A stretch of 64,000 nt of DNA from a virus (lineage: Duplodnaviria > Caudoviricetes): the IMG/VR virus record IMGVR_UViG_3300035208_002098, positions 64,001 through 128,000 of that record; one strand, 5' to 3'. The translations under genes and the position numbers were made by a program. The notes under the pieces are model-generated. The model was not told the DNA's origin. It did no database searches and worked only from the letters and a program-made list of their open reading frames with translations. This document shows, piece after piece, positions 58,055 through 64,000 of the stretch. Numbering within the stretch: the stretch's first letter is position 1; every line of letters starts with the position of its first letter.

Positions 58055-58549
58055 TTAGTTACTACCTTCTTCTGAGTGAAATAAACTATTTAAATTACTT
58101 AATAGTTCTGCAGCTATTTTAGTGTTTTCATTATCTAGTTTACTAGTAACCTTAATTTCCGTTGTACACTCATGACCACCATAATTACTACCGTAACCAT
58201 AAGCCCACCATTCAGGTTTTGGGTATTCACCGGATTGTATTTTATCAAAAAGTTCTTGTATCTTTTCGTTATAATCATTATCTCGATAAGATATTTCACG
58301 GCCAAGATATTCACTCAAAATACCTTCATCTCCCAATTTTTCCGTTCTTTGTTCATCTAATTGTTCCGATGTAATTTCGAATGTAAATAAATCATCGGCT
58401 GTTAATTCTGACCCACCAATTTTTAAGATACTATTGATAATACCTTTAACCGTTTCTATACCACCTTCAGAAACTTGTGTGTAAATAGTTGTTGAACTAT
58501 TAGTTATAACGTCAACTTCACTGTGTAATGTAATTTTTAAACTTTCCAT
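58055..58549 (-). CDS. HSxxDVITNSS family protein 1
   Basis: HSEVDVITNSSTTIY. Confidence 0.7.
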   Translation of the reverse strand: MESLKITLHSEVDVITNSSTTIYTQVSEGGIETVKGIINSILKIGGSELTADDLFTFEITSEQLDEQRTEKLGDEGILSEYLGREISYRDNDYNEKIQELFDKIQSGEYPKPEWWAYGYGSNYGGHECTTEIKVTSKLDNENTKIAAELLSNLNSLFHSEEGSN

Positions 58550-58571
58550 TTTTTATATTTAATTTAATTTA

Positions 58572-58898
58572 TTATGAATCATATTGTGCGTCATGGTTAA
58601 ATAAATCATTTAATCCGTTTAGAATTCTACTTGCTACAATAGCATGTTCATTATCTGATATACAAGTAACAACCAAATCTACATCTGTGTAGCCGTAATC
58701 ACTTTCATCGTCACCACCCACTAAACTGAATGTAAATAAATCATCAGCTGTTAATTCTGAACCACCAATTTTTAATAAGGCATTAACCATATCTTTCACT
58801 GATGATATAGTACCCTCGTCAGCTTGTGTATAAATAGTCGTTGAACTATTGGTTATAACATCCACTACACTATGGATTTTAATTTTTAATGTTTTCAT
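58572..58898 (-). CDS. HSxxDVITNSS family protein 2
   Basis: HSVVDVITNSSTTIY; shares KIGGSELTADDLFTF with protein 1. Confidence 0.7.
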   Translation of the reverse strand: MKTLKIKIHSVVDVITNSSTTIYTQADEGTISSVKDMVNALLKIGGSELTADDLFTFSLVGGDDESDYGYTDVDLVVTCISDNEHAIVASRILNGLNDLFNHDAQYDS

Positions 58899-58921
58899 TC
58901 TTTTTTAATTATATTATGTTA

Positions 58922-59215
58922 TTAATTATCTGTTTTATAATTGAATATATCAGACACTGCATTACATGTGTTTTCCATTGACCAATCTATCATAAGAATA
59001 ACTCTATCATCATCATCCTCTGGTCCGTAAACTTCAACACACCCACCATTACCGGAAGAGTTACCTTCTTCTCTATCCATTTGTATAAATGGTTCTAAGA
59101 TTTCTAATATTTCTTTTTCTGTTTTACCATCATCAACAACATAAATCATTTCTGAACTATTTGTTATCACAGATGATACACTATGTATATTTAATACAAA
59201 TTTTCTTTTTTCCAT
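58922..59215 (-). CDS. HSxxDVITNSS family protein 3
   Basis: HSVSSVITNSSEMIY. Confidence 0.7.
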   Translation of the reverse strand: MEKRKFVLNIHSVSSVITNSSEMIYVVDDGKTEKEILEILEPFIQMDREEGNSSGNGGCVEVYGPEDDDDRVILMIDWSMENTCNAVSDIFNYKTDN

Positions 59216-59227
59216 AACTATTATTTT

Positions 59228-59710
59228 TTAACCCATATGTATTCTATGTGAATTTTTTTCAAAAAGACTTTCGATAGCATCAAATAGTTCGTAAGGTATA
59301 CTATTATCACCAGTACCGATAATAACAACCATACCTAAAACACCTTCTTTGATTACATCAAAGTTTCTACGAACCCATTCTTTATCGGCTTTGTCGTATA
59401 AATCCCAATCTTTAAAGTCATTATATTCCGGTTATTCTGAATCAGTATTAATCCAATAAGGTAAATCCCAACCAGTTAAAGTATCAACCCACTCATCTAT
59501 ATTAGTTTCATTTATAACTTCAACTTTACAAATAGATTCTAATGAATCAATTGATGTGTTATTACTTTTATTATAAACTTCTAAATAATTTAATAAAAGT
59601 TCCTCAATAAATGAGATATTTTTATCTGTATTTCCAACAAATAATTCAGTTGAAGAATTAGTTATAACATCAACAAATGAATGCGGTTTTATTAATACAA
59701 TTTTTTTCAT
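59228..59710 (-). pseudogene. HSxxDVITNSS family protein 4 with in-frame TAA at 59432-59434
   Basis: HSFVDVITNSSTELF; frame stays open 67 codons past the TAA (…DNSIPYELFDAIESLF…RIHMG). Confidence 0.68.
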
Positions 59711-59713
59711 TTT

Positions 59714-60205
59714 TTATAATTTAAATTCAGTTAACATTGAATCAGCTCGGCTAAATATAACTAATTTATCCCACATAGTCAATGCTTTCATAGCATCAAC
59801 CTTTGATTTATTCATATCATCTAATTGTTTCATACGCATATGGTTTGAAACAATAATTTCAACATTATCAACATTAGCACCAACACTTTTAATAAATTCA
59901 GCATCTTTAATAACCCATTTAGCACCAATATGTTCATGACCAAAGGCCCTAAATTTACCTTCTTTCTCTAATGTCTTTTCAGCAGCCAATAATTTACCAA
60001 TATCATGGTATAATCCAGCCATAATCAAATCAATATCACCAGTTGTAATTAATCTATTAACTACAATTTTAATATGTTCAAAAACGTTAGCTTCTGGATG
60101 CCATTTACTTTCTTCCTCATAAGTTTTAAGACGTTCTAATTCATCTTTAACATGTTGAGGTGCTAAAGCTACTAATTCTTCAAATATTTTAAATTCTTTT
60201 TCCAT
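59714..60205 (-). CDS. HD-domain phosphohydrolase (CCA-enzyme-associated type)
   Basis: WHPEANVFEH, YHDIGK, GHE, NHM. Confidence 0.78.
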   Translation of the reverse strand: MEKEFKIFEELVALAPQHVKDELERLKTYEEESKWHPEANVFEHIKIVVNRLITTGDIDLIMAGLYHDIGKLLAAEKTLEKEGKFRAFGHEHIGAKWVIKDAEFIKSVGANVDNVEIIVSNHMRMKQLDDMNKSKVDAMKALTMWDKLVIFSRADSMLTEFKL

Positions 60206-60247
60206 TTTGCAAAGATATAAAATTTTTATTTAATAAACCAATTTAAA

Positions 60248-60685
60248 TTAAAGTATTTTACGAATAATTAATAATTCCTCAACTTTAACCCAATCAACAT
60301 ATGTATGACGGCCATCACTTGTAAGTGGAATACCTAACCCAATATCATCAATTATTAACTGACCATATGCTTTAGGGCTAGTTGTCCATGTTCTTTGTTC
60401 TGGATTTGTATTTATACCAAATAATGGTATATTATTACTTTTAAACCAATTAACAGCATCAGTTAAATAGTTACACGTTTCTTCGATAATTTCTTTACCA
60501 TTAGTTTTTTTAATAATAACATCACTACGCATTGTAAATAATATTAATCTATGACCTTTGTCAACTAATTTTCTCAAAACAGGTTGAGCACCTATATCAC
60601 TACCAACTATTGGGAATTCATGTCTCACACAAGTCCCGTCAAAATCTACAAGTATCGTAATACTTACATTGTTTTTCTTTTCCAT
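60248..60685 (-). CDS. HAD-superfamily phosphatase-like protein
   Basis: VDFDGT, LFTMR, IIDD. Confidence 0.78.
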   Translation of the reverse strand: MEKKNNVSITILVDFDGTCVRHEFPIVGSDIGAQPVLRKLVDKGHRLILFTMRSDVIIKKTNGKEIIEETCNYLTDAVNWFKSNNIPLFGINTNPEQRTWTTSPKAYGQLIIDDIGLGIPLTSDGRHTYVDWVKVEELLIIRKIL

Positions 60686-61374
60686 ATAAATTTTTTATGT
60701 GTTTTACGTTTATTTAAACAACATTGTACAATATGTGATGGGTTAAAACCACATAATGAAGCTTCGGTAGCACTTTTCCATTCTTTAACAAATACCTCAT
60801 CTAATGTATATTGAATTACTACCTTACTGATTTTATTAATTAAATTTTCAATTTGTTCTTTATTTTTTTTACACCCCTTATTTGGATTTGTATAACCATT
60901 TTCATACAATTTTTTATGTGTTTCACTCATTTTAGTCTTACTTTCAATACTAAAATTTTTAGTTTTAGTCCAATGATTTTCACCTGATTGTGATTCACCC
61001 TTTATTTTATTTCTCCATTCTGGATGTTTCAAACCTAAATTAGCCTGTCTTATTCTTTCTTTGGTTTCATCGCTACGTTTAGTACCTAATGATGAATTTG
61101 CTATCTTACATATATTAAAATACGGGTTTAATTTATCTATATAATATTGTTCTCTAGTAATTAAATTATTTAAATCCCCAACCTCTTCTAAAACATAAAA
61201 TATAAAAATGTCCTTACCATATTTATCATAAGACTTTTGTAATTTTATATTACCATGGTTTTTACGTTCCAATTCGTAAAAATGGGTACGTTTACGTTTT
61301 TCAATATTATTAGATGAACCAATATATTTTTTATTATTTAGTAAATTTTCTATACAATAAATACCACTTAACAT
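60664..61374 (-). CDS. GIY-YIG homing endonuclease (NUMOD3/NUMOD1)
   Basis: SGIYCIEN...YIGSS, RSDETKERI. Confidence 0.88.
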   Translation of the reverse strand: MLSGIYCIENLLNNKKYIGSSNNIEKRKRTHFYELERKNHGNIKLQKSYDKYGKDIFIFYVLEEVGDLNNLITREQYYIDKLNPYFNICKIANSSLGTKRSDETKERIRQANLGLKHPEWRNKIKGESQSGENHWTKTKNFSIESKTKMSETHKKLYENGYTNPNKGCKKNKEQIENLINKISKVVIQYTLDEVFVKEWKSATEASLCGFNPSHIVQCCLNKRKTHKKFIWKRKTM

Positions 61375-61456
61375 TTCTTTATTTGATTAATATAACGTTA
61401 TATTAATAAATATATTAATAAATATTTTTACCCATCAAAATCTATTAATATATCCA

Positions 61457-61969
61457 TTATTCTGTTATTAACCCTTTTTTTATTAATCTATGTATGTATT
61501 TACTATGTTCCATATTTTTCTCATTTGCATACCCAATAGTTAAATGTAACCCCCAATGTGGTCTACCAAGTCCTAATTCAGCTCTAATAGCATGTAATTC
61601 ATCTCTATTTTCTTCTGGTATATTTAACCACCAATGACCTGAACTATATTTATCGTCAGAATCAGTTCTTGGTGATACATATAATATTATATCAATTTCT
61701 TTACCATCCCATTTAGATTTAACCTCATTCCAATTATCACTCATATCAGATGTTTTATCGTTGATGAAAGTAACGTGGGCATTTCTTAATGGTTTATTTA
61801 ATACTAAACCATAACGTTTTTCAATAAACCAACCATAGTAATATGTTATATCACCATCAATTTGAATCATAGCAGTTCTTTTCCAAGTGGATTGTGATTT
61901 ATGTTTATTAGTCACATCCACCGGGTCAAATACTATCTTACCTCTTTGTTTTATTATATTTGCTTCCAT
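61457..61969 (-). CDS. 2H phosphoesterase-like protein
   Basis: AHVTF and LHLTIG. Confidence 0.65.
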   Translation of the reverse strand: MEANIIKQRGKIVFDPVDVTNKHKSQSTWKRTAMIQIDGDITYYYGWFIEKRYGLVLNKPLRNAHVTFINDKTSDMSDNWNEVKSKWDGKEIDIILYVSPRTDSDDKYSSGHWWLNIPEENRDELHAIRAELGLGRPHWGLHLTIGYANEKNMEHSKYIHRLIKKGLITE

Positions 61970-62058
61970 TATCTAGTAATTCAGTAATAATTTCATGTAT
62001 TATTTCATCATATTGTCTTTTTGACATATAAACTATAAATTTATTTTTATTTTTCATA

Positions 62059-62421
62059 TTATCTAAGTCTATTCATTAATCCAGCTAAAATATTTTGTCT
62101 TCTACGAGTATCCGCATCATCTTGGTCTTCTTCTCCTTCATCTTCTTCCACCTCACCATACCAACCATCATCATATCCAAGACCATCGTCATCGTAACAT
62201 TCGAGTGGGTTTGGGTTTAGTTTAACTTTAGTTTCGAACCAATCATCTTCAAGTTTATGACACTTACTAAACCATTGTCTAATAACATATTTTGATAATT
62301 GCTCATTATAACCAAAAACAGTCATAATATCTTCAAGCATTTTATAACCGATTAATTCGTGTAATGGTTTGGTCCAATGCCTTGAAAGATATCTAAATTC
62401 TAATTTATTCGAGTTCTTCAT
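62059..62421 (-). CDS. YLxxHW...FG...WF family protein with acidic tail
   Basis: RYLSRHW...TVFG...RQWF. Confidence 0.6.
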   Translation of the reverse strand: MKNSNKLEFRYLSRHWTKPLHELIGYKMLEDIMTVFGYNEQLSKYVIRQWFSKCHKLEDDWFETKVKLNPNPLECYDDDGLGYDDGWYGEVEEDEGEEDQDDADTRRRQNILAGLMNRLR

Positions 62422-62843
62422 AATTGCCCATAGCTATAATATCAGTACTTACCATTCTTATACCTACATTTCTTATAATAGGAAATGTAATACTTTCAAA
62501 CACATTTGGTTCTTTAAACCACTCATCATTTAGTATTTGGTTATAGTTGATTTCAAATAAAGTAGAAATATTGTTAGTACGTCCTCGTAACCCATCTAAA
62601 AAACCCGTTGCACTCCATTTTTCGGTTAATTCATCACGTAAATCTTCTTTTGTTGGAACAAAAGATATTTCACTTAAATGTTTCCCCCTTAAACCATTCA
62701 ATTATAACATGTTTAGCTATCTTATCATCATAGCCAAATACATTTTTGATATCATTTAATATTTTATAACCACTTATCTCATCAAATGGTTTATCCCAAT
62801 ATCTAGATATGTATTTATTAACTAATTTATGTTCGTGTTTCAT
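62405..62843 (-). pseudogene. YLxxHW family protein with capsid-like C-terminal segment, frameshift in a G run near 62684-62688
   Basis: MKHEHKLVNKYISRYW...NVFG...IEWFKG then EKWSATGFLDGL...FPIIRNV. Confidence 0.55.
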
Positions 62844-62865
62844 ATTATAATTTTTAATTACTTAA

Positions 62866-63399
62866 TTATACATCGAAATTACTTCTTGGTACACCTGACA
62901 TGGTAAACACATAATCCCTTAAATTATCTATATTAGTCATAGTATCTAAATAACCAACATCATCCTCAACAGGTAAATCTATAACGTTAAAATTACCATT
63001 ATGATTCATTTCACCAATCACATAATTATTTCTATCAGGTCCATTTGCAACATCAACACTAATGAACATTTGATTAATAATATTTCTATTTATGTTATTA
63101 GATAACTCAATAGCTAACATTGTTGTAAGTTGAGCCTCAACATCAATACCATGGAATGCTTGTAAATCCTGTAGCATTTCTGTTGACCAAACAAACTTAT
63201 ATGTTATTACTTCATCAAACCATTTGTCTTCAATTTCAAATTCAAAAAACCATTCTCTAATGATATCTTTTGCAACATCACAATTAACCCCAAAAACTAA
63301 TGTTATATCATATAGAATTTCATACCCTTCGATATCAATAAATTCTTTATCCCAATGTTTTGTTAGGTATTTCGATATAATATAAAAATCGTCATTCAT
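62866..63399 (-). CDS. YLxxHW family protein with gp23-like internal segment
   Basis: WSTEMLQDLQAFHGIDVEAQLTTMLAIELSNNINRNII. Confidence 0.6.
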   Translation of the reverse strand: MNDDFYIISKYLTKHWDKEFIDIEGYEILYDITLVFGVNCDVAKDIIREWFFEFEIEDKWFDEVITYKFVWSTEMLQDLQAFHGIDVEAQLTTMLAIELSNNINRNIINQMFISVDVANGPDRNNYVIGEMNHNGNFNVIDLPVEDDVGYLDTMTNIDNLRDYVFTMSGVPRSNFDV

Positions 63400-63451
63400 A
63401 CCACAAAGATATATAATGACGATTAATATTTCAAGTATTTTATTAGATTAT

Positions 63452-63874
63452 TTATCTAAGTTCTATCGAACCACGTAATCTACTAGCCATAGCTTCTAAC
63501 GAATCTTCTGGTACATTGTGAGCATCTTTACCACCATGACGATTTTCAACAACTAGATAAAAAACTGTATAACCATAAAAGTTGGCCATTTCGGCATATG
63601 GTTTCATTTCTTTATTAGTTGTGTTTGTATTAGCAATTATAATTCTAGGACTATTAGCTTTCATCAAAAACTCACATTTATTTTGACATGCTTTATGAGC
63701 ATATCCTTGGTTTTCAGCTTTCCATTTGTATTCACCATCAACCATATGGTAATCATCGGCACAACAGATAACATCACCAGTTGCGGTGAAATGTTTTTTA
63801 GCTATTTCTTGTGCAACTGTTGATTTACCGCATCCCGGTACACCTCTTAATATGAATAATACTTTTTCTTCCAT
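63452..63874 (-). CDS. P-loop kinase (AAA_33, polynucleotide-kinase-like)
   Basis: LRGVPGCGKST, CADDY, NTNT, HNVP. Confidence 0.8.
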   Translation of the reverse strand: MEEKVLFILRGVPGCGKSTVAQEIAKKHFTATGDVICCADDYHMVDGEYKWKAENQGYAHKACQNKCEFLMKANSPRIIIANTNTTNKEMKPYAEMANFYGYTVFYLVVENRHGGKDAHNVPEDSLEAMASRLRGSIELR

Positions 63875-64000
63875 TATTTCACTACGTTTAAATATGTATT
63901 TGTATAATATTCGCTAATTAAATGTCGACCATTTTTTTCGTAAAATATTAAAATTTTATCTTTAGAATATTGTAAATTTGAAGGATTATAAATGTCTCCA

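Noticed and set aside
381-62759. Most plus-strand ORFs in the track (for example 2792-3103, 11156-11485, 14430-14732, 38236-38640, 49520-49867)
   Set aside because: They are antisense shadows of motif-bearing minus-strand genes. Only 8930, 36725, 37285 and 54359 have their own upstream signals and free space.
62405-63399. True major capsid protein gene
   Set aside because: The ORFs are far too short and contain only isolated capsid-like segments.
1-64000. Genome-wide TAG reassignment (genetic code 15)
   Set aside because: Long conserved genes have no internal TAG, and several genes end in TAG followed by promoters or the next gene. In-frame TAGs were seen only at 27745-29140.
1-64000. CRISPR array or cas genes
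   Set aside because: No regularly spaced direct repeats seen. The recurring GGTTCGAA-like words are tRNA T loops.

Overview
AT-rich, gene-dense, almost entirely minus-strand segment of a large (jumbo-type) phage genome. The host is probably Bacteroidota: more than 20 intergenic TTTG-N~20-TAnnTTTG promoters and a Bacteroidota-type sigma-70 are present. No true structural or replication module is in the window. It carries auxiliary metabolism (Prs, NAMPT, NadM-Nudix, CoaB/CoaC/CoaD, dCMP deaminase, SpeD, NT5C), tRNA-maintenance enzymes (Thg1, 2H phosphoesterases, kinase, HD and nucleotidyltransferase proteins, Pth2), about 12 homing endonucleases, and three RNA clusters (about 30 tRNAs, many tRNA-like RNAs, five Y-RNA-like elements, a compact RNase P RNA). 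Main finding: the two large tRNA operons each begin with a duplicated promoter, an unannotated leader peptide, an antiterminator/terminator pair and a boxA-like element. Each leader is built from the amino acids whose tRNAs lie downstream (K,T,Y,Q,G,P,E for one; L,A,D,C,V,F for the other), which suggests ribosome-stalling attenuators that switch on phage tRNA arrays when the matching host tRNAs are depleted. A second candidate system is an amber-suppressor tRNA followed by a Pth2 gene and a minigene that carry in-frame TAG codons near their starts. All tRNA, ncRNA and protein-family calls were made by eye from motifs and base pairing, without database searches.
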